From NCBI GenBank assembly GCA_045862955.1, contig BTVI01000015.1:1-64000 (forward strand): a stretch of 64,000 nucleotides of DNA, read 5' to 3'. Numbering within the stretch: the first letter of the stretch is position 1; each line of letters begins with the position of its first letter. Position numbers and translations under genes: made by a program. This stretch comes from Fimbriimonadales bacterium (GTDB lineage: Bacteria; Armatimonadota; Fimbriimonadia; Fimbriimonadales; JABRVX01). Positions 54,992 through 64,000 of this stretch are shown here, piece by piece. The notes below the pieces were generated by a model. That model did no database searches and was not told the DNA's origin. It saw only the letters and a list, made by a program, of their open reading frames with translations.

Positions 54992-56407
54992 CTACACGCC
55001 GTAGTACATCATGAACTCGTACGGGTGCGGACGAAGACTGAGCTGCAAGACCTCCTCCTCACGCTTGTACCGGATGTACTCCTGCAGCAGATCCGTGCTG
55101 AACACGCCGCCCGTTGTTAGGTACTCGTTGTCCCGCTCGAGTGCCGTCAGAGCGTCCGCTAGACTGCCAGGCGTCTTGCGGACCATCGCATCTTCCTCGG
55201 GGGAGAGGTGGTACACGTCCTTCTCCATGGGATCCGGGGGAACGATTTCCCTTCGGATACCATCGAGGCCTGCCATCAGTTGTGCCGCGAACGCCAAGTA
55301 GGGGTTGCAGCTCGGGTCGGGAGCGCGAAACTCTAGTCGTTTTGCATGGGGCGCAGGGTTGAAAGTCGGAATGCGAATGCAAGCACTGCGGTTGCGCTTG
55401 CTATACACCAGGTTGATCGGCGCCTCGTATCCCGGCACCAGTCTACGATAGGAATTGGTGGTGGGTGCAGCGAACGCGAGGATGGAAGGCGCGTGCTCCA
55501 GCAGACCGCCGATGTAGTGCAGCGCGAGCTTCGAGAGCCCGGCGTACCCATGTTCATCGTACATGAGATTCTGGTTGTTCTTCCAAAGGCTCTGGTGGCA
55601 GTGCATGCCGCTGCCATTGTCCCCGTAGATGGGCTTCGGCATGAACGTAGCAGTGAATCCGTTCCGAAACGCAACGTTCTTGATGATGTACTTATAGATC
55701 ATCACCTGGTCGGCTTGGCGCAGCATCTCAGCGAACCTGAGGCCCAACTCGCACTGACCGGCAGCGCCTACCTCGTGGTGGTGCGATTCCATCTGCACGC
55801 CTACGTCGCGCAGAGTGGCAATCATCTCGCCACGTAGGTCCTGGAGTGTGTCGTTCGGTGGTACTGGCGTATATCCACCGCGTACCTGCATCTTGTGGCC
55901 GGGAGCTGGCTTGTCCGCGCGCCCGCTGTTCCAGATGCCCTCCGCACAGTCCACGAAGTGCATGGAGGAGTGGTTGTTCTGGTCGAACCGCACTTCGTCG
56001 AACACGTGGAACTCCAGCTCGGGTCCAAAGTACACGGTGTCCGCGATGCCCGTCTGCCGCATGTATTCGACAGCCTTTCGTGCCACCAACCTCGGGCTGC
56101 GGTCATAGGGTCGGCGTGTCTCCGGATCGATGATGTCGCACACGATGACCAGCGTCTTGTACTTGCTGAAGGGGTCTATGAAGTGGACATCCGGGTCTGG
56201 GATCAGCAGCATGTCCGACTGCTCGATCGTCGTGAAGCAGCGGATGGACGAGCCATCGAAGCCGATGCCTTCCTCGAACGAGGCCTCCGAAAACATGTTG
56301 ACCGGCATCGAATAGTGATGCCAGGAGCCGATGGGGTCCGTGTAACGGTAGTCTATGATCTCGATGTCGTTGTCGCGTGCGTACTGAACGACCTCTCGCG
56401 GGCTCAT
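54992..56407 (-). CDS. glnA: Glutamine synthetase type I
   Basis: FDGSSI, GPELEF, HHHEV, FMPKP, NGSGMHCHQSL, NSYRRLVPGYEAP, NRSACIRIP, EFRAPDPSCNPY; ATG 56407 after AGGAGG. Confidence 0.97.
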   Translation of the reverse strand: MSPREVVQYARDNDIEIIDYRYTDPIGSWHHYSMPVNMFSEASFEEGIGFDGSSIRCFTTIEQSDMLLIPDPDVHFIDPFSKYKTLVIVCDIIDPETRRPYDRSPRLVARKAVEYMRQTGIADTVYFGPELEFHVFDEVRFDQNNHSSMHFVDCAEGIWNSGRADKPAPGHKMQVRGGYTPVPPNDTLQDLRGEMIATLRDVGVQMESHHHEVGAAGQCELGLRFAEMLRQADQVMIYKYIIKNVAFRNGFTATFMPKPIYGDNGSGMHCHQSLWKNNQNLMYDEHGYAGLSKLALHYIGGLLEHAPSILAFAAPTTNSYRRLVPGYEAPINLVYSKRNRSACIRIPTFNPAPHAKRLEFRAPDPSCNPYLAFAAQLMAGLDGIRREIVPPDPMEKDVYHLSPEEDAMVRKTPGSLADALTALERDNEYLTTGGVFSTDLLQEYIRYKREEEVLQLSLRPHPYEFMMYYGV

Positions 56408-56475
56408 TGCTCCTCCTTCGTGGTGTGCCTTCCCCGGACGGGCGGGGACGGCTGCGGCAGGGCTGCGCGGTGCAC

Positions 56476-56547
56476 AAACGACGAAGACGCCGGAGCGATC
56501 CCAGCGCTCGCCGGCGTCCTTGCAGAATGGTGCGGTCCGCGTTGACC
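56476..56547 (-). promoter_or_regulatory. ANTAR-type twin-hairpin antitermination element overlapping a leader terminator
   Basis: Minus strand: GGTC-AACGCG-GACC, 10-nt linker, GC-AAGGAC-GC overlapping terminator stem GACGCCGG...CCGGCGTC followed by TTCGTCGTTT. Confidence 0.7.
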
Positions 56548-56559
56548 CAACAAGGGCGT

Positions 56560-56589
56560 ATTCTACCGACCTGCCGCGGGCCCTTGCAA
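56560..56589 (-). promoter_or_regulatory. Putative sigma70 promoter of glnA
   Basis: TTGCAA-N18-TAGAAT directly 5' of the twin hairpins. Confidence 0.6.
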
Positions 56590-56603
56590 CCGGGGGCTGG
56601 GCC

Positions 56604-57077
56604 CTACTCCTGCCCGCGCTCCCGTGCGCGGCGTTCGTCCTTCTTGGCGATGGCCTCGCGCTTGTCGTATGCCCGCTTGCCACGCGCCAGGCCGATCTGC
56701 ACCTTCGCCTTGCCGTGCGTGAAGTACACCTTGAGCGGGACGATGGTCAGGCCTTTCTCCTGCGACTTGGCCTTCAGGCGCAGGATTTCGCTCTTGTGCA
56801 TCAACAGCTTGCGCGGACGGCGCTCTTCCACGTTCCAGCGGCCCGCCTGCTCGTAGGGTGCGATGTACACGCCCTTCAGCCACAGCTCTCCGTTCTCCAC
56901 CTGACAATAGCCGTCCGTGAGTTGCACGTTGCCCTTGTACACCGACTTCACCTCCGGTCCGATCAGCACGATGCCCGCTTCGAACGTGTCGAAGACTTCG
57001 TAGTCGTGCCTGGCCTTGCGGTTCTGTATGGTGGCGGGGCCGCTCTGCTCCTTGCCGCGCTTGTCCTTCTTGGCCAT
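56604..57077 (-). CDS. smpB: SsrA-binding protein
   Basis: NRKARHDY, EAGIVLIGPEVKS, RKLLMHKSEI, GKRAYDKRE. Confidence 0.96.
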   Translation of the reverse strand: MAKKDKRGKEQSGPATIQNRKARHDYEVFDTFEAGIVLIGPEVKSVYKGNVQLTDGYCQVENGELWLKGVYIAPYEQAGRWNVEERRPRKLLMHKSEILRLKAKSQEKGLTIVPLKVYFTHGKAKVQIGLARGKRAYDKREAIAKKDERRARERGQE

Positions 57078-57154
57078 GGCGCGGGAAGTGTACCTCTGGG
57101 TCAATGGCCGCGGCCCTCTCGGTGCGAGAGGGCCGCATGGAGGTGGGGAAGTGC

Positions 57155-57625
57155 CTAACGTCCGCGGGGAGGTGGGGGACTTTCGTAGCTGAGGTGCACT
57201 CCGTCGTCAGACCATGTGCCTCGGATCCACTTGCCGGAGCGGTGGCGGACTTTGTACACGCCTTTGCCGCGCAGGGTGACGGAGCCCTTTCCGGCTGCCG
57301 CTAACGCTACTTTGCCATCGAACTCCATTCCGAACTTCGGAGCCCTGACGGTAGCATGCCCTCTTCCCTCGAAAGTCCACCTATCACCGTCGTGAGACTT
57401 CAGGGTGAATCCCTCTACGTGAAGCTGGTCTTCGGTGACACCGGCGAGGACGAGGAGGCCGCTACCCCTGAGGTGTACGACGCCCGTACCTTCCAGCCTT
57501 ACCTGTCCCTCGCCGCGAGCGAGCAAGACACCCTTGCCGCCGATCCTGACGTTTTCCTGCTGCTGAGCCATCGCGAATGAGGACGCCAGCAGGAGGCCGA
57601 CTGCAACTGCCATGAGTCGCTTCAT
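57155..57625 (-). CDS. Hypothetical secreted Gly-rich beta protein
   Basis: Signal peptide MKRLMAVAVGLLLASSFAMA; repeated GxG beta-strand pattern. Confidence 0.65.
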   Translation of the reverse strand: MKRLMAVAVGLLLASSFAMAQQQENVRIGGKGVLLARGEGQVRLEGTGVVHLRGSGLLVLAGVTEDQLHVEGFTLKSHDGDRWTFEGRGHATVRAPKFGMEFDGKVALAAAGKGSVTLRGKGVYKVRHRSGKWIRGTWSDDGVHLSYESPPPPRGR

Positions 57626-57757
57626 TGGTAGTGTTACTCCTGTAAGCTTATCTCGTGCCTGCGTCGTATGCATACTCGCTAGCCAGCAGGCTTAGACGCG
57701 ACTCATCTCGTTCGGTTCAGTGGACCCATGCGAGGTTTTTCAGACCTGAGGCGAGCG

Positions 57758-58756
57758 TTACATGGCAGCGATGATTGCGTCGGTGATCTCTGTGGTGGTG
57801 GCACTGCCTCCCAGGTCGGCGGTGAGCGTCTTGCCCTCGCGCAGCACGGTGTGCACTGCCTTTTCGACGCGATCCGCCGCCTCGGTTTCTCCCAGGTCGC
57901 GCAGCATCATGGTAGCACACTGAATCAGTGCGATGGGATTCGCCTTGTTCTGCCCGGCGATGTCGGGAGCGCTGCCGTGAACGGCCTCGTAGAGCGAGCA
58001 GCTCTCACCCACGTTGACACTGGCAGTAAGCCCGAGACCACCTATCAGCCCCGCGCACAAGTCGGACACGATGTCACCGTACAGGTTCTCCATCACCATG
58101 ACATCGAATCGCTCCGGGCGCATCACCAGTTGCATGCAGGTGTTATCTATGATCAGTTCGTCGGCCTGGATGTCGTTGTACTGCCTGGCGACCTTGCGGA
58201 AGCAATCCAGGAACAGCCCGTCGGTGAGCTTCATGATGTTGGCTTTGTGTACCGCCGTGACCCGTTTTCTGCCATGCCTGCGCGCCAGCTCGAAGGCATA
58301 TTGCGCGATTCGCGTGCTGCCCTTCTCGGTGACTACCTTCAGACTCTCTACTACGCCGGGGACCACTTGGTGCTCCAGTCCGGAGTACATTCCCTCGCTG
58401 TTCTCGCGCACCACGATCAGGTCCACGTTCGGAAACGGGGTCTGGATGCCTGGCAGGGTCTTGACGGGCCGCACGTTGGCGTAAAGCTGCAGCCGTTGCC
58501 GCATCAGCACGTTCGCGCTGGCAAAGCCTGTCCCGACCGGCGTGGTAATAGGGCCCTTGATGCCTACCCGGTTTCGTAGTAGGGAAGTGAACACCTCGTC
58601 GGGCACCGTGGTGCCGTATCGTGTGTACACCTCGGCGCCGGCATCGTGTCGGTCCCAGTCCACGCGCACGCCGGTGGCCTCGACCACCCGAACCGCGGCC
58701 TCCACCACTTCGGGCCCGATGCCGTCCCCCGGAATCAGCGTGATGTTGTGCGTCAT
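57758..58756 (-). CDS. Isocitrate/isopropylmalate dehydrogenase family (NAD-IDH-like)
   Basis: IPGDGIGPEV, VRENSEG, HKANIMK, NLYGDIVSD, EAVHGSAPDIAG. Confidence 0.92.
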   Translation of the reverse strand: MTHNITLIPGDGIGPEVVEAAVRVVEATGVRVDWDRHDAGAEVYTRYGTTVPDEVFTSLLRNRVGIKGPITTPVGTGFASANVLMRQRLQLYANVRPVKTLPGIQTPFPNVDLIVVRENSEGMYSGLEHQVVPGVVESLKVVTEKGSTRIAQYAFELARRHGRKRVTAVHKANIMKLTDGLFLDCFRKVARQYNDIQADELIIDNTCMQLVMRPERFDVMVMENLYGDIVSDLCAGLIGGLGLTASVNVGESCSLYEAVHGSAPDIAGQNKANPIALIQCATMMLRDLGETEAADRVEKAVHTVLREGKTLTADLGGSATTTEITDAIIAAM

Positions 58757-58863
58757 GGTTCCTCCCGGCGCCGAGCGCGGCGCGACCGATTAGTATACTA
58801 GGCGCCCGACCGAGGTCTGCGGAGCCCGCGGGCCGGGCGGGGCCAAGGGAATCGGGAAGTCGA

Positions 58864-60732
58864 ATGCAAGCTCTTCTTCTGGTCTTGGCGTGCTGCTTCG
58901 TGCAGACCCAGCCCTCCAACCTCCTCCTCAACGCGGGGTTCGAGGAAGGGGGCGGCTGGACCACCCCCGGGCCTGTGTGGAGCCTTGACCGCTCGGTCCA
59001 CCGTTCGGGTTTGGCGTCACTGAAGTACAATAATACAGCCAAAAACTTATACAAAATGGCCTCTCAAGTTGTTCCGGTGAAGCCAGGGGCCAGATACCGA
59101 ATCGGTGCTTGGATCCGCGCGCAAAACGTCGTCGGGAGCGAGATCGGCGCCACCATTGCGTTGGAGTGGATCGGTACCGCAGGCGAGTTTCTAGGCGGCT
59201 GCTATCCGAAAGGAGTCACGGGTACGACCGACTGGACCCGCGTCGAGGCGGTCTCTGCCGTAGCACCGACCGCGGCGCGCAGCCTGCGCTTCGTGTGTTA
59301 CGTCGCAAATGGCTCGACAGGCACCGCGTGGTTCGATGATATCGATCTGGTAGCCATGGGGCGAGACGACTGGCACGTCACCATCGTCGAGCCGTGGTTC
59401 CGGGGCCGCCTGGACGGGTGCAGCGCGGTGCGGATCGATGTGCGGCTTCCCCTTGAGGCGGCCACGAAGGGTCACTCGGTTCGCGCATCCTGGGCGGGGC
59501 TGGCGGGATCGGGTTCCACCGCTAAGGCCGCCGAGCTAACCACGCTCTTGCTGGATGCATCCGATCTCGCTTTGGGCCGACACCGCCTCGTCGTCGAGTG
59601 GCTGGACTCGCAGGGCAACGCCAGCCGCCGGTACGAGCGAGAGATGACGAAAGGGTTCCTCGCTCCGAAGAGCGTGGGCTTCGACGGTGTGAGGCTGCGC
59701 ATCCGGGGGCGACCCTTCTTCCCGCTCGGCGTATACGACAGCGAGGGCTGGAAACCCGAGACGACACCCGAGAGGCTCCAGCAAATGGCGAAAGCAGGGT
59801 TCAACTGCGTCCTGCCCTATGGACTCCTGAGCGGTTCTGTCGAAGATTGTCGCAAATACTTGGACACTGCTGCTCGCCTAGGTCTTCGGGTGATCGTTTC
59901 CCTGAAGGACCTCTGCCAGCACGTGCGCTATCCGCTCCGGCGGATGTCGGGCATCGAGGGCCGCGAAAACGTGCTTCGCAGCGTGGTCCTGGCGCTGCAG
60001 GACCACCCCGCCCTTCTTGCTTGGTACGTGAACGATGAAAGCGGCCCGGAGCACGCCGAGGAGCTTCGCGGCCTTTACGAGACGGTGATCGCACTCGACC
60101 CAGAGCATCCTTGCCTCGCCGTTACCAATCAGCCCGAGTCCGCTTACGAGTTCTGGGACAGTACCGACGTCATCGGCGTTGACCCTTATCCAGTACCCGG
60201 GTCGCCTCTGACCCTGGTTCGCGATTGGGTTCAGGCGAGTGGGGAAACGGGTCGCCCCGTGTGGGTAGCGGTTCAGGCCTTCGACAAGGCCAACTACTCA
60301 CCGGGTCCGAGCTTCCGGTCGCCGACCACAGCCGAGTACCGAGCCATGGCGTTCTTGGCCCTCGCATCCGGTGCAACGGGTCTCTTAGCGTACTCCTATC
60401 ACGATGTGCGCCGAGAGGCGGACTTCGAGCGACGTTGGGCGGAGATGGGGGCAGCAAACCGCATGCTATGGCGGTTCGGTGAAGTGGTCTCCGAGGGCGA
60501 GCGGCTGCCCATCGAGTGCGAGGGGGCAGTCGCAGCGAGGTGGCGCTTACGTGGGCAGGAGCACCTCTTGCTCGTGAACCCCACGCCTAGTCCCGTAGTC
60601 GCGTCTTTGCCGGTAAGCTCTGCCCGCCGTTGCACGGAGGGCTTCACGCGAGCGGTCATCCAACCGCAGGCGGGTCGTCTGGGACGCAATCTGCCGGCAT
60701 TCGGTGTGGAGTGGCTGATACTGGACTACTGA
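58864..60732 (+). CDS. Secreted carbohydrate-binding module + glycoside-hydrolase-like protein
   Basis: NLLLNAGFE...WFDDIDL (CBM4/9-like); GRPFFPLGVY, HPALLAWYVNDE, DVIGVDPYP (clan GH-A-like barrel). Confidence 0.75.
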   Translation: MQALLLVLACCFVQTQPSNLLLNAGFEEGGGWTTPGPVWSLDRSVHRSGLASLKYNNTAKNLYKMASQVVPVKPGARYRIGAWIRAQNVVGSEIGATIALEWIGTAGEFLGGCYPKGVTGTTDWTRVEAVSAVAPTAARSLRFVCYVANGSTGTAWFDDIDLVAMGRDDWHVTIVEPWFRGRLDGCSAVRIDVRLPLEAATKGHSVRASWAGLAGSGSTAKAAELTTLLLDASDLALGRHRLVVEWLDSQGNASRRYEREMTKGFLAPKSVGFDGVRLRIRGRPFFPLGVYDSEGWKPETTPERLQQMAKAGFNCVLPYGLLSGSVEDCRKYLDTAARLGLRVIVSLKDLCQHVRYPLRRMSGIEGRENVLRSVVLALQDHPALLAWYVNDESGPEHAEELRGLYETVIALDPEHPCLAVTNQPESAYEFWDSTDVIGVDPYPVPGSPLTLVRDWVQASGETGRPVWVAVQAFDKANYSPGPSFRSPTTAEYRAMAFLALASGATGLLAYSYHDVRREADFERRWAEMGAANRMLWRFGEVVSEGERLPIECEGAVAARWRLRGQEHLLLVNPTPSPVVASLPVSSARRCTEGFTRAVIQPQAGRLGRNLPAFGVEWLILDY

Positions 60733-60797
60733 CATCCACTCCCACCGCTCGCCGTACCTCCAGCCTCCCCCTGTCCCACTGCTCCCCGCGGTCTCCT

Positions 60798-61047
60798 AGG
60801 TAACACCACGGCCCCCCCAAATCGTCATGCTGAGCCTGTCGAAGCATGACATCGTCAGCCACGGCTCACCGCACCTCCGGACCCCAGGCTCCAACAGCCC
60901 CCAAGCATCTGCCAGGTAACACCACGCGTCCCCCGCATCGTCATGCTGAGCCTGTCGAAGCATGACACCGGTCGCCGCCAAGGTAGCACCTAAAAGCGAT
61001 AGCGTGCGGCTATCGGGCGCATGCTTCGACACGCTCAGCAGGGACGG
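60798..61047. repeat. Three dispersed copies of the same REP-like core as the 5.5-kb array (two direct, one inverted)
   Basis: CGTCATGCTGAGCCTGTCGAAGCATGAC at 60823 and 60939, each preceded by AGGTAACACCACG; inverted degenerate copy at 61019-61047. Confidence 0.9.
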
Positions 61048-61134
61048 TATCGCGTTGTTGTCCGAGTCTGGATGAGTGCTAGGGGCTAGCAGCAAGAGGC
61101 TGCTACCTAACAATGCAAGGCACGACGACAGCCA

Positions 61135-62238
61135 CTAGCTATCGTCGCTATCGTCCTTCAGCTTCCGGCTCTGCTTCGGACGGCGTAGCTTGCGAAAAGC
61201 CCGCTGCTCGATCTGCCGCACCCGCTCGCGAGTCACATTCAGCGCCTTGCCAACGTCTTCCAGCGTGTACATGTTGCCGTCTTGAAGACCATAGCGTAGC
61301 ATGATGACGGTGCGCTCGCGCTCCGACAACACGGAGAGTGCATCCTCGATGCGATCTCGTAGCGCAAGGCGCGAAGGGATATCCAGTGACGCGGCCCGGC
61401 TGTCCTCCAAGAAGTCCGCCAGCACCGAGCCTTCGTCCTCGCCGACGGGCATCTCCAGCGAGATCGGCTGCGGAGCGATCCGCATGAGTTCCGTTACCCG
61501 CTCGACCGGAACGCCCAACTCCACGCCGATCTCTTCTAGCGTCGGCTCGCGGCCTAGGCGCTGCACCAATCGGCTAGTAGCTTTCACCAGGCGATTGATC
61601 GTCTCCACCATGTGCACGGGGATGCGGATCGTTCGCCCGTGATCCGCGAGTCCACGCGTAATGGACTGGCGAATCCACCAGCTCGCATAGGTACTGAAGC
61701 GGAACCCCTTTGTGTAATCGAACTTGTCTACCGCCCGGATCAGCCCCACGTTCCCGTCTTGGATCAGGTCAGCAAGGGGAAGTCCACGTCCCGTGAAGCG
61801 CTTTGCGATGGAGACGACCAAGCGAAGGTTCGCCTCTACCAGCGCCAGCTTGGCCCACTCGTGACCTTCCGACGCCAGCTTGGCCAGCTTCAGCTCTTGA
61901 TCCGCATGCAGCAGCGGGACCCGACCGATGAGCCGCAGCCAAACTTTGACCGAGTCCTCCACCGCAGGGCCTTCGATCGCTGCGAGGTCTTCTCCGGTTA
62001 GGTCAGCCTCCTTCGGGATCTCCGGCTCCTCGGTCGCCGCCTTGCGCATATGGACGGCCGCCACTTCGGCAACTTTGATGCCCGAGCGCTCCAGCATGGC
62101 GAACAGCTCGTCCAAGCGCTCCAGGTCGTCCTCGGACAGACGCGCGTTGATCTGATCGAGCGTAACCCAGCCGGTAGCTTTGGATTGCTCTACCAGTTCG
62201 ATGATATCGGGAGGCCACTCGTACGATGTGTTAGCCAC
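61135..62238 (-). CDS. rpoD: Primary sigma factor RpoD/SigA
   Basis: [52 protein letters not shown]; follows dnaG. Confidence 0.93.
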   Translation of the reverse strand: MANTSYEWPPDIIELVEQSKATGWVTLDQINARLSEDDLERLDELFAMLERSGIKVAEVAAVHMRKAATEEPEIPKEADLTGEDLAAIEGPAVEDSVKVWLRLIGRVPLLHADQELKLAKLASEGHEWAKLALVEANLRLVVSIAKRFTGRGLPLADLIQDGNVGLIRAVDKFDYTKGFRFSTYASWWIRQSITRGLADHGRTIRIPVHMVETINRLVKATSRLVQRLGREPTLEEIGVELGVPVERVTELMRIAPQPISLEMPVGEDEGSVLADFLEDSRAASLDIPSRLALRDRIEDALSVLSERERTVIMLRYGLQDGNMYTLEDVGKALNVTRERVRQIEQRAFRKLRRPKQSRKLKDDSDDS

Positions 62239-62288
62239 GATTGAGTCCCAGCAGAAGTGACATACAGGTTAACGACGGAAGCCAACCC

Positions 62289-64000
62289 TTAGTCCCTTCT
62301 GCTCTGTTCGCCGAGAAGCCTGCAATATTCCTGCCATACGGCGTCGGTTTTCGTGGTAGCGTCGCTGATGCCGGCCTGCAGGCGTCTTCGCAGCGCCTTC
62401 TGAAGCGCAGCCGAAAGGCATTGGATGTAGTCTTCCAGCACCTGCTCGCTGAGGGGCTCACTGTCCGTGATCAGGATGTCATTGAGCGCGCGCCGCGTTT
62501 CCTCTGGCGCTACGGAGGCGAGCACCGCCGCAGCGGAGCCTTCGGGCGGCAGGTCGGGGTATGCAGCTAGCAGCGCGTGCACGATCTCTCGATACTCCTG
62601 CGAGGGGAACTGCTCCGGCTTCAGCGCAGGCCAGCCCAAACCGCGCCATTCCGGGTCACAAGCGGCACGCAAGAGGCCCCGTTGCGCCTTTTCGACTGCA
62701 GAAAGCGTTCGCACGGCGGACGGGCGAGTCTCCGCACGCACCACCGCCTTGCCACGCGCGAGCGCTGCGACTTCTTGGTGAACCAAGCGCTCGGCCCGCA
62801 CTCGGTCGGTCTGAAAGCTGGGAAGATGCCTTGCCACTCGCTCGATGTACCGGTCGCGCTCCACTCGGCTAGGTATCGCTGCCAACACGCGCACGGCAGC
62901 CGCGACGAACTCCGCAGCACCCTCCGATGAGGACGGATCGTGCCGCGCCTCTAAGAGGTCCAGCTCGAAATCCGTGGGTGTGGTTGCTTGCGCCACCACC
63001 GTGGCCAACGCTCCGGCGCCCTGCGTCTTCAAGAGCGAGTCCGGGTCTTCGCCGGCCGGCAGGCGGGCGATGCGGGTGCGAAGCCCTCCGGCACCCGCGA
63101 TCTGCGCAGCCCTCAAGGCAGCCGTGCGTCCTGCGTCGTCGGCGTCGAACAGGATCACCAACTTCTCGGTCCAGCGTTTTAGCAGGCTTACGTGGTCCTC
63201 GCCGAACGCGGTGCCCAAGCCCGCGACCGCATGTTCCAGCCCAGCCGCGTGGCATGCGATCACGTCCAGATAGCCTTCCACCATTAGCGCGAAGCCGCGC
63301 TCGGCAATTTTCGCCTTCGCGAGGTGAAAACCGTACAGCACGTTGCGCTTGCTGAAGAGCGGTGTGTCGGGCGAGTTCAGGTACTTCGGTTCGCCCACCC
63401 CGAGCACACGCCCGCCGAAGGCGATGACACGCCCCTGGGAATCGCACACCGGGAACATCAGGCGGCCACGGAACTTGTCGTAGTAGCCGCCGTCCGGCCC
63501 TTGGTCCACCAGCCCAGCCTTCGCGGCGTCTGCGAGCCGGTGGCCTTGCTTCTGAAGAGTGGTCGCTAGTGCGTCCCCGAAACTCGGTGCGAATCCGAGG
63601 CCGAAGCGCTCGACGAGGCCATCGGGTATGCCCCTGGCCTGCACGAACTCCTGTGCCGACTGGGACTTGTGTAGTTGCTCTCGAAAAAAGGCTTGGGCGG
63701 CCGCCAGCGCGGCGCGCATCGCGTCGGCCTCGCCCTTTGCCTCCGGCGAGCGCTTCACCAGCCGTACGCCGGCACGATCGGCCAGGCGCTCGAGCGCTTC
63801 GACGAAGGAGATGTGCTCGATCTCCTGCAGGAAGGTGAAGACGTCACCGAACTTGCCGCAGCCGAAACAGCGGAACGTCTTCAGGTCGGGGTTCACATAG
63901 AACGAGGGGCTCTTCTCGTTGTGAAACGGACAGAGCCCCTGAAAACTCCTTCCCGATCGCCGGAGACGGACGTAGTTCCCTACGACTTCCAGGATGTCGG
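62289..64000 (-). CDS. dnaG: DNA primase (5' end lies outside the window)
   Basis: CHC2 zinc finger LCPFHNEKSPSF...CFGC, FRGRLMFP, KYLNSPDT, TOPRIM EGYLD...FDADDAG. Confidence 0.96.
   Translation of the reverse strand, partial: DILEVVGNYVRLRRSGRSFQGLCPFHNEKSPSFYVNPDLKTFRCFGCGKFGDVFTFLQEIEHISFVEALERLADRAGVRLVKRSPEAKGEADAMRAALAAAQAFFREQLHKSQSAQEFVQARGIPDGLVERFGLGFAPSFGDALATTLQKQGHRLADAAKAGLVDQGPDGGYYDKFRGRLMFPVCDSQGRVIAFGGRVLGVGEPKYLNSPDTPLFSKRNVLYGFHLAKAKIAERGFALMVEGYLDVIACHAAGLEHAVAGLGTAFGEDHVSLLKRWTEKLVILFDADDAGRTAALRAAQIAGAGGLRTRIARLPAGEDPDSLLKTQGAGALATVVAQATTPTDFELDLLEARHDPSSSEGAAEFVAAAVRVLAAIPSRVERDRYIERVARHLPSFQTDRVRAERLVHQEVAALARGKAVVRAETRPSAVRTLSAVEKAQRGLLRAACDPEWRGLGWPALKPEQFPSQEYREIVHALLAAYPDLPPEGSAAAVLASVAPEETRRALNDILITDSEPLSEQVLEDYIQCLSAALQKALRRRLQAGISDATTKTDAVWQEYCRLLGEQSRRD

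Noticed and set aside
56408..56603. tmRNA next to smpB, or a glutamine (glnA-motif) riboswitch
   Set aside because: No tmRNA termini and too little space; the leader fits an ANTAR twin hairpin + terminator and shows no glnA-motif consensus that I recognise.

Overview
GC-rich bacterial chromosomal window. The gene-family mix (PEP-CTERM proteins, an H-X9-DG prepilin-like protein, Ig+dockerin-like C-termini, Wza/Wzc-like EPS export) suggests Armatimonadota; this is an inference, not a lookup. It holds housekeeping genes (pyrR-pyrB-pyrC-carA, nadA, mnmE, tRNA-Ser, fabI, pcrA, lgt, galT, pabB-pabC fusion, glnA, smpB, IDH-family dehydrogenase, dnaG-rpoD), an EPS locus, a sugar ABC transporter and many secreted or surface proteins. 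No transposase, integrase or true CRISPR-Cas was seen. Highlights: (1) a cobalamin riboswitch heading a three-gene cassette (PEP-CTERM protein, 'cell surface' protein, H-X9-DG pilin-like protein) with no btuB, a candidate non-canonical B12 capture system; (2) a compact single-domain NAD+-I (nadA-motif)-like riboswitch that can sequester the nadA RBS; (3) an ANTAR-type twin hairpin overlapping a terminator in the glnA leader; (4) two adjacent genes broken by six in-frame stops and one frameshift, hiding a PKD/Ig + transglutaminase-like protein that the ORF track misses; (5) possible cohesin-like PEP-CTERM anchors and dockerin-like cargo proteins; (6) a CRISPR-mimicking 58-bp array and a nested REP/BIME-like mosaic. 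All calls come from reading motifs by eye; no database searches were run.
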